Below are positions 37,101 to 48,688 of a stretch of 64,000 nucleotides of DNA, in pieces. The position numbers and the translations under genes were made by a program. The stretch lies in contig DF237058.1 of assembly GCA_000708835.1 (NCBI GenBank), positions 62,001 through 126,000 of the forward strand, written 5' to 3'. The DNA is from Klebsormidium nitens (lineage: Eukaryota > Plantae > Klebsormidiophyceae). Within the stretch, counting starts at the first letter, position 1; the number at the start of each line of letters is the position of its first letter. The notes beneath the pieces were generated by a model. That model did no database searches. It saw only the letters and a list, made by a program, of their open reading frames with translations, and had not been told where the DNA came from.

Positions 37101-38261
37101 TTCTTTGCGCCCGCGAAGAGTTGCCAAAGCTGCAGACAGGGAGACAACGAGATCAGCGCCTCAGAAAAAAAATCAGGGTACAGAAAGGTAGGCAGGATCA
37201 TGGACCTTGTGTTCCTCGAGTGTAGGGACCAGTTTGCGAGGTGTGATTGACTGTGTTGACTTGTTCCACCAGAAACCAAGGCGTTGAAAGGGGTGTCCAC
37301 TCTCAAACTCGACTTCCAGAGGGCTCTGCAGCAGGTCACCATAATGAGAAGATTCTAGTTTTCAAAGTATAGTGCGGTGCATTGATCAGCTTGATGCCTA
37401 TGAACTAATTCATGATAGTACCATCGACTACGAGAAAAAAGAGTGGCCCCATACCTCTCCGCGAAGATACATCGGCACCCCCCCTTTGACCAGCGCTCGC
37501 AGCTCATCCTCCCACGCACATTCCTCTTCCTTCTCATTGTCGCTGCTCTCATTTGCTGTCCCGTCAACTCGCACCCCGTCTGCGCTTTCCACCACAGCCT
37601 CTGATTGGTTTCCGTCAGCTTCCGACTCAATTGCGCCATTAACGGTCACCTCGTGCTGCGTCCCCCCCGCAGCTGCTGCTGCTTGCCGCCGTTCCTGGCG
37701 CGCGCGCTTCTTGTCACGAGCGTCGATTGCCCTTTCCACAGGCCAAAGGGACATCCGCAAAGAGCTCGGCCACTCCTTTTGCACTTGCGAAGTCCAGTCA
37801 CGTGATCCTCCCTCAGAGCCGCTGGCAGATAGATTGGACGCCTGTGACTTGAGGCTTCTACTCCGCCGCTCGTCATCACTCTCCTCACCAACGGGCTCAT
37901 CTTGATCAGCGTTAGTAGGAGTAGCGGGCCTTAGCATGCCACTGTCAGCTGAGGAGATGGTTCTCTGCAGAAAGCTCTCCCATCGCTCCGCTCTCTCGCG
38001 TTCCTCTTCCTGAAAGACAGTCAACATCCATAATCATGTCCTAAAAAGCCACTGCCAGTGGACTTCAGGCAATCAGCTCCCAAACTGATGTGATATGACA
38101 CTTATATCGATAGGACAGCCTAAGGCATGAAGAATTGCAAGATCTCTTCAGTCCGACAAGCAGAAGCTGTGATAAGAAGCTGTTTGCGTACCTGGTAGAT
38201 TGGCCCGTATTCCTTGTACTTTTCAGCATGCTGGGGACGCACAGCAAACCCATAGATGTCT
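31116..38261 (-). CDS. TBC-domain Rab GTPase-activating protein with a C-terminal coiled coil (plant Ypt/Rab-GAP type); start exon not resolved, terminal exon approximate
   Basis: Exons read RDIYGFAVRPQHAEKYKEYGPIYQ|EEERERAERW..WEDELRALVKGGVPMYLRGEV|WQLFAG..WTAQIEK|DLPRTFPGHP..YCQ|GMNFLAALLLLLMPEEAAFW|..VDQLVLEELL..|..WFLSVFVNVLPWESVLRVWDVLLFE. These carry the IxxDxxR and YxQ catalytic motifs and are followed by coiled-coil exons. Confidence 0.9.
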
Positions 38262-40046
38262 CTGCAAGCATCAGGTGCAGCTGGAATGAGCAAACCCTAA
38301 AACTGCTACTCAACCACAACGTCCTGCCTCAGATCGCACGACTGCAGAAGCATGATGGAAATAAGAGCTCAATATAGCGCAATGCCCACCTGCTCAAAGG
38401 TGCTGCTGGCACCTTGATTGGAGTTTTTGGTTGACCCTTCTTGAACATTGCGGATCAAAATGATCCAATGAGTTCCAGCAGTGGTTAGGGCGGATGCAAC
38501 AACATATGAACAATGGAGCCAATTTCAATACTTGCGCAATGCCTCGATCAGTGCGCCGAGAAGGACTTTGTGAATCACATATGTGCCAATGCACGCCTGT
38601 ATATGCGCAAATGCTTTTGGCACTACAGGCACGGACTCAGCTGGCGGGGCTGCTGGAAGAAATACTCTTTGCTGAACAAAGATGAATATCCACGGTTCTT
38701 CCCACAAACAAGACGATAGCAGCTCAAGACAATGCGCCTTGAACGGAACGTTGAAACTTTGAAAGCTTTGCTGCTTGGCACTCTGGCTTTTTCAGCCTTT
38801 TTGCTGCAGTTGCTACAGTTGCAGTCTCAGAGCTACGGGCAAGGTTGGTTGGCGTCGTGGTTATCAACCAACGCAACGGGTTACAATAACGTTGTAACGT
38901 TCTATATCGCAATTTATCGACGGCTTTGTAAGCTTCCCCTGTGTCGCATCCGACGGTGAATGTTCCAAGTAAGGAGCAGTTTGCTCCCCCGTCATTGCCG
39001 TCGATGAGATTTATACGCCTTGCTTACCGTCGATCCCAAAGAGGAGTGAGTCAGCCGAATGGGCGCTGACTCAGCACCCCAAATTTGGGCGAACCCTCGA
39101 GGGCATGCCGCGCTGGAACTTTCAAAGAAGCAATTCGCCGGCCATCGGGTGACTTGCGTGCTTTCAGAGGCCAATATTTTGAAATTTTAAGCTACGCCGC
39201 TTTTGCCATTCTCAACATGTTCAAACCGACGAGGATGATCCCGCTGTTTGGTGCCGCCACGTTCGACCTCGTTCAGAGCCCCAGCTGGTGATGTCAGGGG
39301 TGTGCTGCCCCGACTGAGCGACTGCTTTGGTTCATGGCTACCGGTGACAAAGGTGGGGAGGCGCTTGTGAAGAGGCCGAGCGCTTGTGGAGGGCTGCAAA
39401 CCTTTGCGCTAGTGGATGCTGAGTTTTTTCCCAGGACGTGGCCCGCGACGTAAGCCGATGACGGACAGTTGGTGTCAACTTTGCCTGAAATTGTTGACAG
39501 TCGGTTCCTAGTATCATCGTGCCCCAATTGATGCTTGCTGTGGGACCTCCCATGGTGCCTTGGGAACGGTGAGTCGTCTGATTAATCCTGCGGGGTGTTT
39601 TTTGTGTTTCGCTGCATGCTCCAACTGCTGGCTCTTCGTCTCTCTTGTGTGTACACCGAGTGGCAGTCACTCCTTGCCTAGCTATTCACTGGCAGTCATG
39701 CTAGATGGTCTTGAGAACATTGTACTTTCTTATGCAGTAACACTGTGCTTTGCCAAATTGAGCAATATGGTGGAGGATAAATACGAGAGGTCAATCTTGA
39801 AGTGCGCCAGTGTCGTGGTACTTCTGCCCTGGACAGCGCCAGCCAGAAGAACTGTTAGTGTTAAAAACAACGCTCTTGATAGGCTTCTTGTTCGATTTTC
39901 AATGTAATTGTCACAAGTGCTGAATCTCCAATCAGATACGCCAGTTAAAATAATTGTGCTTTTAACCTTTCTGATTTGCAGAGTCCGATTCAGCCTGTCA
40001 AGCGCCCAGCTCATGACCCCCGCCCGACCCCCGTTTTCATTACGTA

Positions 40047-40430
40047 ATGAATGGACAAGAGAGCCTACACAGCCGAACCCTCCGGAAGGGGACAGTAGGA
40101 GCAGTGTTAACTAAGGAGGCGACCATTAAAGATTCCACTACTTCTGACATCACGAACCTGCCCAGTGATGTCACGCGGGAAATCTTGGCTCGACTGCCTC
40201 TGAATATGCAGAACTTGAGGGCAATGGCTCAAGTCAGCAAGAGCTGGGATTCGGTCGTACAGGAAACCTTTGTAGAAATGTGGCAACAGATTCAGCGCTG
40301 TCAAGATCAGGGGGCAGATTTGTCCAGTCGGGGGGGTGTAACACTGATTCTGCGGCCTAGCTGGTTGTACGGTGATGAGGACTATCAGCCTGTAAGGCGA
40401 GCCAGAAGGGTAGTCAGTGTGGAGGCGTGA
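40047..40430 (+). CDS. F-box-like motif protein or fragment (may continue in further exons towards about 41 kb)
   Basis: ITNLPSDVTREILARLPLNMQNLRAMAQVSKSWDSVV fits the F-box pattern (LP.E/D....IL..L......L.....V.K.W). There is a possible GTAAGG donor at 40391. The full gene structure is not established. Confidence 0.5.
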   Translation: MNGQESLHSRTLRKGTVGAVLTKEATIKDSTTSDITNLPSDVTREILARLPLNMQNLRAMAQVSKSWDSVVQETFVEMWQQIQRCQDQGADLSSRGGVTLILRPSWLYGDEDYQPVRRARRVVSVEA

Positions 40431-41495
40431 ACTAGAAGGCAACCACTTGGGGAAGTTTTGAAGGAAGCTCAATTAAACATAGACATGTTGTAGATAGCAT
40501 AGCTTGTACCTTAGAGCCGTGCTTATTGTTCTGTAAGGAGGAAGATACAGCTAGCAAGTACTGTGTTAGAGAAGTCGCATTCCAGCCAAAGCTTGACTCC
40601 CGGATGTTGATAACCAGGCAAGGAGACCCTGACAGAAAAGTGGAGGCAGCCTACTTCAGTTCAGGCAGGGGTGCTCCGGATAGCAGGTGTCAAGCTGCAG
40701 ACTCCAACTAGTTTTCCGCCCTGTCAAGCTCTGTTTCTGGAGGTGGGACCTTGCTGGGAACGCTGATCTTGGTAAGCTACCCACACAATTGCTTTCTCAT
40801 CATAGGAGTATTGGTTCTTGTCAGCTGTAATTGTCTCTATGCCACTGGCGTTGCTTTGACCGGGTGATTCTTTAGGATCTGGCATTTGTAAATCTGGCCA
40901 TACGTGCTAGGACTGTGGTCCTTCATTGCTCATTAGCTTTTACTCCGATTGACTGATCCAAGGTTTGATCCTGAGGACCCAGTTTGTTCGTTCAGATTTC
41001 AAATATCTTATTTACTTGGACAACCTAGTCCATGGTAGAAGAGCTCGGATGCAAGGTGCAAGCACTCGAAGCTTGCTTAGAGACGAAGCCTGTCAATACC
41101 GGGATCTCATGATGTTCTTCTTTTGTATTTCAGGTTGCCTCACCAAGCTTCAAGACATCCCATAAGGTATATGCAGGCTGTACAGTACTTTGTTAAGCTT
41201 ATTGTACATACAAGCCACAAAAGCGAATGTGACTACAGTAGGGATCAGCCGCGTCAGAGCTGTACATGTGAGAGATAGCTCGCAGACGACTTGGAGATGC
41301 GTGTTAGGTATGATAGCCGCCTTCAAAATCCTAGTGCCCTAGCATGGACTTCGATCAAGCTGTGGACTCGAATCAGATTCTTGAATCGCCACATCTAGTA
41401 ACGCAAAGTGCTTGCTGAAACCCAGGGTTTCATTGTGTGAATCATCTCAGAGGTATGCGCAACCGTCATGCACGGTGCAGCCTTGCTTTTGACGT

Positions 41496-41531
41496 ACGTA
41501 TTGAACGTATTGAACGTATTGAACGTATTGA
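41496..41531 (+). repeat. Minisatellite (ACGTATTGA)x4
   Basis: Four perfect 9-bp units read directly from the sequence. Confidence 0.95.
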
Positions 41532-42387
41532 ATGATTCAAAGTTGGATTGGACAACCGGCCAGCTATAGATGTTGCGTATGTTGTCCGACCACTGCAATT
41601 TCATTTCAAACTAGCTCTGTATCCCATGGCTCCCGCATGCGTGCGTTGCCAGAGCTTATGCATCTGATGAAAGTTGTTTCAAAGCTGTACGGTTCGCGCT
41701 AGGCCGGGCGTATACATGCTGCAATGAATCGTGGAAACCCCGATGCAGTCAGTCGATCATAGTACAGTGGTTTCAAGTTAAGCATATGATGATCAGACAT
41801 GCGAAGCAAAGAGGCTTGACATCATATACACGTGCACACATCATGTACGGAGCATGCGCTCGACATCAAGCAACCTGCATGAATGCTGCAATGATCGCAT
41901 TGATCATGCAGCCGAAGGTAGCCGGCCTTGACACATGGAACGCACATGGTTTTAATACCATCTTTAAAGTCCGGATAATACCCTGCACCATCAGCTGTAG
42001 TGTATACAGGCGGTGATTGGTACTAGCGCATTAATTCTGTAAAACGAGTGGTGTTCTGAGGGCATCGTCCAAGGCAATGACTGAGAATTATGCAACAGAG
42101 CAATCACTGCACCGGCATACACCCACTGACCTTTTGCGTGAAGTCAATTGTGCTCTGTATAGCGGGACATGCAGAACGATTCAGGTGCAAGATTGACGAA
42201 TCTTGGGCGCAGTCAACAGATTTCGTTTTACGGCGGCAAGTGCTCCTTCACCATATTAGCAAGGCAGAAGCGCCTGCCACGACGTCAGCTTGTATCCGGC
42301 AGTCGTCCAGGGCCGATTTTTGCTCTCCTGGCACACATAGGTCACCTCCGACAAAGAGTGCCATGTTTAGCTACTTCTGCTAACCAG

Positions 42388-45300
42388 TTATTTCTCGTTG
42401 CTGTCGGTTGGCTCTACGCTTAACGCCCTCGCAATTTCCACACTCGCAGATCGCGCCAGCTCCTCCAAACCCGCCACGGGTTTGCATGGCGAGGGGCTTA
42501 TGCGCCGGATAGGCTTTGCGCTCCGAACGCCGCTGGCGTCAGGAGAGGCTCCAGAGGCAACCGGTGAGGCCTTTGCGGCTGGCGATGCCTGACGCTCTCT
42601 GACGTCAAGGCTCCCGTTGCTGACGTCAGCGGAACGGCCCTTCACGGGGGTCGTCAAGGAGGCGTCCTCGACGGGGGGGCTCGGGGATGGGGTGATTCGC
42701 CTAACCGGTTTTGGAACTTCGGTGGTTTGGCTGGCAGGCTCGGGGATTCGGGGCTTCGTAACCGTGGGGGTTTGCTTGACTGCGTCCAAGGGGCTCTTTG
42801 ATTCTTCCCCAGCCGGCACCGTAACAGGCGTAATCCGCCGCTTCTTCGCTTCCTGTCCACCCGCTACGTCCAAGGGCGGAACGGCGACTGGGGCGATCCG
42901 CTTCGGCGGCAGCGGAACAGCCTGAGGGCTTACAACGGGGTTAAGCGAAGCCGCGGGGTTAGGTCCCGCTAGCTCGACGACCGACAGCGGCACAACTCTC
43001 TTGGGTGGCGGCACGTTTGCGGCAGGCTTTGCGGAAGATTTTGCCGTCATTGTGTGCCCATTGCTTCCAAAGGCCCCTTCCGCTAAGGTGACCCCGCCGA
43101 GAAGCGCCGACTCGACCACTGGGGCGCTCGCCACCGGAGTGATCCGCCGCGGCGCTTTCTCACCGGCTCTTGAGTCGCGCTCGAGTGTTTTCACACCAAG
43201 TGCCGGCCCATCGGCCGCGGCCGCGTCGAGCACATTTTCCGCGGGTGCGCTCGCGACGGGAGTGATTCGTCGCGCTTGCTTTTGGGGCGGAGCGTCCGCG
43301 CCCTCGGGTCTCTCCTCGGCAGGACGCTTGGCGGAGGACTCAACGTGGCCTGCTGCGGTGGCGACACGTGGCTGTTGTTCGGGGCTAGGCGTCCTCTCCT
43401 CGGATCCTAAGGAGGAATGTAAGCGCTGTTAGATGGATTTCAGGGACATTGTATGGTTGTTGAGTGGCATTTGGTTTCTTCAGTAGCAGAGGGAAAGTCT
43501 TACCTGCGGTGTAGTTCGCCAAAGAAGTTCCAAGCGTCGAAATAGACTTTCCGTCATTGCGGGCAGCGTGACACGCTCGTAAGCCAAACAGAGCTGACGA
43601 ATCAGAGGAAAAAGGAAGGTCCTAGTCCACATGAACGCGTTACAAATGCGTGGACGGAGGCTGTACGATGAGGATCCTAAAAGATCGTTCAAACGGCGGC
43701 TGCAGTGTCGGTGGGAAGGTACTACTCTGGTGATTCGTCCCCCTCGGTCAGGTCTACTGAATCTGCAGACAATGACCAGTACCGCTCTTTGGTTAGTCTC
43801 ACTTTTGCTTCTAGAGTCCCCCTTCCTCTTTTTCGCAACCGCAGGCCAATGACTCACGCAAGGGGACAGCGGGTCGACCACACTTCGGGTGCTCACCTGT
43901 TCGCGGACCAGCCGCGGCCTCCTCCCTCTCCTTTGCCGCGCTGTCTGCGGCTCGCGAACGGCATGCTTCTGGCAAGTGCTCCGCAACATGGGCTGGTAAT
44001 TCTGCAAATCGAGTACTCAGCTCAGGTCTTGTCGATTCACGAGTGTGTACGCGTACGTACTGGCATGACCTTCTGATCTTCCGAAACAGTTTCTTCATTT
44101 CATGAAGTACTTCGAAACGTTCGGTCTGGCTGTTGCCTTGCTGAGAGCTGGCTTCGAAGCCTGCCTTTGTCGGGCAAGTCTTAAAACGCCTACACCGAAG
44201 TCGCATGAAGACAAAAGCTCAAGTGTACCCGTCCTGCCATTGACCCTAGGCTCCATCAAAGAAACCGTAAATGCGGCTCACCTTCGAGTGGCACCACCTC
44301 CCCCAGCTCCCCTTCGTCAAATGCCACAACGGTGCAGTAGCCGTCCTGAGACGCGATTGACAGGTACTGGGCGTCGGCAGACCTGTTAGAACGGGCCAAT
44401 GAGTGAGCGACAGGCATCGGCTGACCTTCTCGGGAGCTCAGTTAATAGAAAGTCAGTTTGATCCCGGTGCGCCCCGCTTCTCGACCCTAAGTGCTTGTTA
44501 AATCTATTCTTTTGGCAGTCTGTCGGATGCCGAAACGGCAGGGGAAACACCCGTCCGAAGTGTCAAGACAGTCACCATGACGATTGAAGGGACTTTACGA
44601 GTAAACGAACGGCAAAAATGCGACTTGAGCAACAGAAAAGATCTGGCAACTCTGTCAAGTTGTACTGCAGCCATTGCCGCTGTCATTCGTTAGATCTTAT
44701 AGCGTTTAGTCCGCAATTGCCACTACGATCTAATAAAAATTGCGAAAGAATCTCACCAGGCGACGTCGCTGATTGCTGCGTAATGCAGCCCCGCCAGTAG
44801 CGCGATTGGCGTTGACCTCTGCGTATCATACAGGAAGATGGAGTCCAAAGTAGCGACCACATAGATCAGCCGGTAGGGCAACTTAAGTGTTGTCGAAAGA
44901 TCTGGGGCGCCATCAACGGCCGGAAAGTTTTGGAGGCGTTTGAAGAGTCTGGGGCAGAAGCGGACCGCGACTACGGACTTGCCGGCGCCTGGGAGGTGCA
45001 TAACGGGGCTGCATACGAGGAGGAATAGAGACAAGCTATGGAAAGGATTTATAAGAGCAGTTGCTCCAAAGAAGAGGTCCTTAGAGCATTGCTCCAGTCT
45101 TTTAACCTGGAGTGGACTGAGTGTGAGGTTCAGCGAACTCAGAGCTGATTGGTAAGCAGTAGTTACCGTTGCAGCCAGGGTTGCAGGGTTGCACTGTGCC
45201 TTTTCAAATTTTATACATGAACGTCTCACTGCACAGATTGAGAAGTGCAGAATCGAACGCACCTGGACCAGTCTTTGCGGGAGAAGACGTATGAAGTGTT

Positions 45301-47986
45301 GACGGCTCGAGATTCAGCTGTGTGCTTGTAGAGACCTGCACAAATGAATCAGACCACTGTTTCAAGCCGTAGCCGACAATTGCTAGATCGGTTGAAGTCT
45401 AGTGATGTGCAGTAAAGGTTACTGTTCTTAAGAGTCAAATATCAGCATGCATTTGCCCGCCAAACCTGCTTATCGTCTCTTGGATCCACCATCCTATTGC
45501 CCACAACGAAGTCCAGAATATCTCGAGTCCGATCATGTTATTGATCAAAAAAGTTCTTGATCAAAGTCAGCTTACCTGCGGGAGTAACAAGGAAAGAGCC
45601 GTCCGGGGACCAGGCGAGGCGGCGGAAGAAAGAGGGCATGTTCTCGTCCTGGAACATGTGGTGCTTGGTGGGGCCCGGCTGCACCAACAAGCCTCTGCGC
45701 TTCAGTACCGTAAATTGGAGCTGGGCTGCTTGCGCGTCACATGGTTTCATTATGGCACAAAGCTGGAATAGGGCACAGATGACAACTGAGCAGGAACATT
45801 GGAGCCAAGTTTCGCGCACAGGCACTCTGTACGGTCTCGCGAACTTCCGCGACAAGCGTTGTGCCAGCAGGTCTTCTCTACCGGCTGGAAAAATGTGACG
45901 GAGCGGCACAATGAACGGTTTCCAAAAAGTTGATCAGTTCGTATTCACCCTGCTTTCAAATAAACATGGTTGTTCACCTGAGGGATTCTTGAACATCTTT
46001 ACAGCGAGCTCCTAGATCCCTGAGATCCAGCTCCATCTGATTTTGTAATCATATCAACATGCACTCAGAAACAAAGCTTTCACCCCTAAAGCCCCCCACC
46101 TTTGATGGCCCTGCCTCCCCCTCCCCTGCCGGCTCAACAGCCACAGCCGCCCCTGGCGCTGTCTCCCGTTTGGCCAGTGTGTGCTGCAGCACAAACCCCT
46201 CCCCCCTGCGGCTCTGCTTGCCCTTGCCCTGAGGCTGGGGCGCATACACTCGGCACGAGCGGTCCGCGCTTTGAGACACAATGAAGTGGCCCAGGGGGTC
46301 CCAAGCCACCCCCTGGACGAAGTGTTGGTGGCCCTCCAGAAACTGCCGGGCGGAGCCTGGCAACAGGAGGGCAACAGCGGTGACCTCTTCAGCTCGGGTT
46401 GCTCAATGTTGTCCTGATTGTGATTTTAGTGATCAAAAGAAAATGTCTAGCTCTTCAATGTGCGGGTAGGATCAAGCTCGTGAACGGCAGAGTTTCGGGC
46501 CTGCACCAATCGCTTACAAGCCTTCACACCAATTGCTTACAAGTCATCATACACTCTTCTGCCGTCTACACATAAGGCTTTAGTATTTGAAGCCACCACC
46601 ACATGCCCTGACAGAAGAAATAATGCCAGGACGTCCTCGACTCTGACTAGACTGCCAGCGGGCTGGTCGAAATCAGCCGCTCTGTCTTTGTCAAAGAAGT
46701 GTGCTTGGTGGTCGTCAGTGACGCTCACCCTTTGCAACGTCCCAGATGATGCAGGAGTTGTCGACCGAGGCGGTAACAAGAGATGCGCCGTCAAGCGACC
46801 AGCACAAGTCTGCCACGTCTTTTGAATGGTTTCTGCAGCATTAGGAATCCCAGTGTGAGGATAGATGTCGGAAGGTCAGGTGTGAACAAGTTCCAAGTCC
46901 GTCCAAACCTTTTCCTGTTTCCCCATAAAGTCTCGGCGTAAAGGAGCCCGGCTGGCCACCCTTCAAGGCAACATTCTTATCACTTTGACTGAGGGAATGA
47001 TGGATGAGATGCAATTGTAGAAGTGATAGCGGCGATCCACGAAGGTCCATTGAACTTACTTCAGAACCGCCACAACTTTCCAGATGGAGGAGCCTGTTGC
47101 CGTCACCACTAGCTTCCACAGCATAAGCTCTCCCCCTGCACAAGCAGGCATGTGAAATTCTTCATCATGGACCCCACACAACGCAAGCTCCAACCTCTAC
47201 CTTGAGCAGATATGCCAGTAGTCACATCCTCGGCCCCATGAGCTGTACTTGCATGTGAGGCTCGCGAAGCTACAATCTGGTTCGACGGATGCCTCTGGAT
47301 TTGGACAGCTTGCAACTCACGTGGTGGGGGGTTGCATTTCTACTTACCATCACCGCCGGACGCCAGATGATCGCCTGCAAGTCAGACCACGTGTCACATT
47401 CAGTCAGCTTTTTAGGAGTATCTAAGCATCTTATGAAGCACATGCGGATCACCGCAGGTTATCCTTGTGGCAACTGATCCTGACAGAAAGTTGGATTATG
47501 GCAAAAGTCCACTGCCAAAGGCAAAAGAGTCTCTTCAGCTTACCTGTGGGTGAAAAGCGCACGATGTTGACGGGCAGGTTGTGATGACTGAGGCTTGTTT
47601 GAAAGCTTGCCACTGGCGCGCCATCAGAGTCTCTCTCCAGTTGCCACAGCTGTGAAGTAGCGGTTTGTCAAAAAGGGCGATTCATGAGCAGAAGCAAATG
47701 CAGCTTAGTGTATGTGTGCTGGACTCAAAAAGTGTTGCCAAACATGGTGCATTGGAAACAAGAGGATACTCTCACTGGCATGGCCTGCTGTACTGCAGTC
47801 AATCGTTCTTGGTGCTTTTTGGTATTCATCATAGACTGAATGTGGTGGCGGATGCATGAAGGCGCGTGTTCCCACCCGAATGTCTTTGTCGGCACCCCCC
47901 GTAGCAAGCAAGCCTGACGGATGGAAGTCCAGGCTCAGTACAGGATCCTTCCCATGCCACAGGATCTGCAGCGTCTTAGCTTTCAT
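42388..47986 (-). CDS. FAS2: Chromatin assembly factor 1 p60 subunit (CHAF1B/Cac2/FAS2), WD40 propeller plus long low-complexity tail
   Basis: [37 protein letters not shown]|[16 protein letters not shown]|DHLASGGDG|GELMLWK; [30 protein letters not shown]; [30 protein letters not shown]; [32 protein letters not shown]. These are diagnostic CAF-1 p60 motifs. The last exon is about 43409-42388. Confidence 0.94.
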
Positions 47987-48688
47987 TGCTCCTGCAATTT
48001 TTTGAGGTTATCTTGACCGCTTGCTTAATTGCTTTATTTAAACGAGCCTTGTCGCATTCCAGTCGCTCCTCATCTCAGGAATAGCACCTGCCACCGAAAG
48101 GCTCCTACATGGAGCCAAGTGAAGCTGTGGCAGAGCGTTCAGAACAACTAGCTCAACGGAACACTCAACCTGGGTCTGATCATACCAATGCGCACAGCTT
48201 TGCAGGACTGATGATGACAAATGCAAGCTCTTGAATCCACACTAAAGTAGGGGCGCTGCAAGCTGGAAACCATTCAGTACGGGCGTCCTCTCCCACTCTT
48301 CTACCTATATGTATCCTGCAAACTACGACAATCTGAAGTGAAAACAAATGAATGCTGCTCAGAGTTTCACAGCTTCAAAGACAACTTTGAAACCTGCTCG
48401 CTTCTGATTGGTCGGTCTTCCCGCCATAAGTTTGGCCGTGCGATGGCGCGGCCGCGCCAGCCTGAATCCGCGCGGCCGCGATGCGAGCACGTTTAATGTT
48501 TTCTTCCTCGGATTTTCAGGCTGCAGCCATGGCTTTTCACAAGCTGAACTCCATTGCAGCCCAATTGGCAATCATGGGTGCATTTGGCTCGCAGCCATTG
48601 ACATAAGAGCTCTGATCAGCTGGACTTCGTTCTTCTCTAGAGCAATCAAACAGGTTTGCACTTTGCAACGGACTTCCACGGTGACGCC
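47987..48688. promoter_or_regulatory. Divergent promoter region FAS2/SNX1 with CCAAT-like (gattgg 48406-48411), E2F-like (TTCCCGCC 48418-48425) and paired GCGGCCGC motifs
   Basis: Motifs read from the sequence. CAF-1 subunit genes are typical S-phase/E2F targets, but function of these sites here is inference. Confidence 0.4.
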
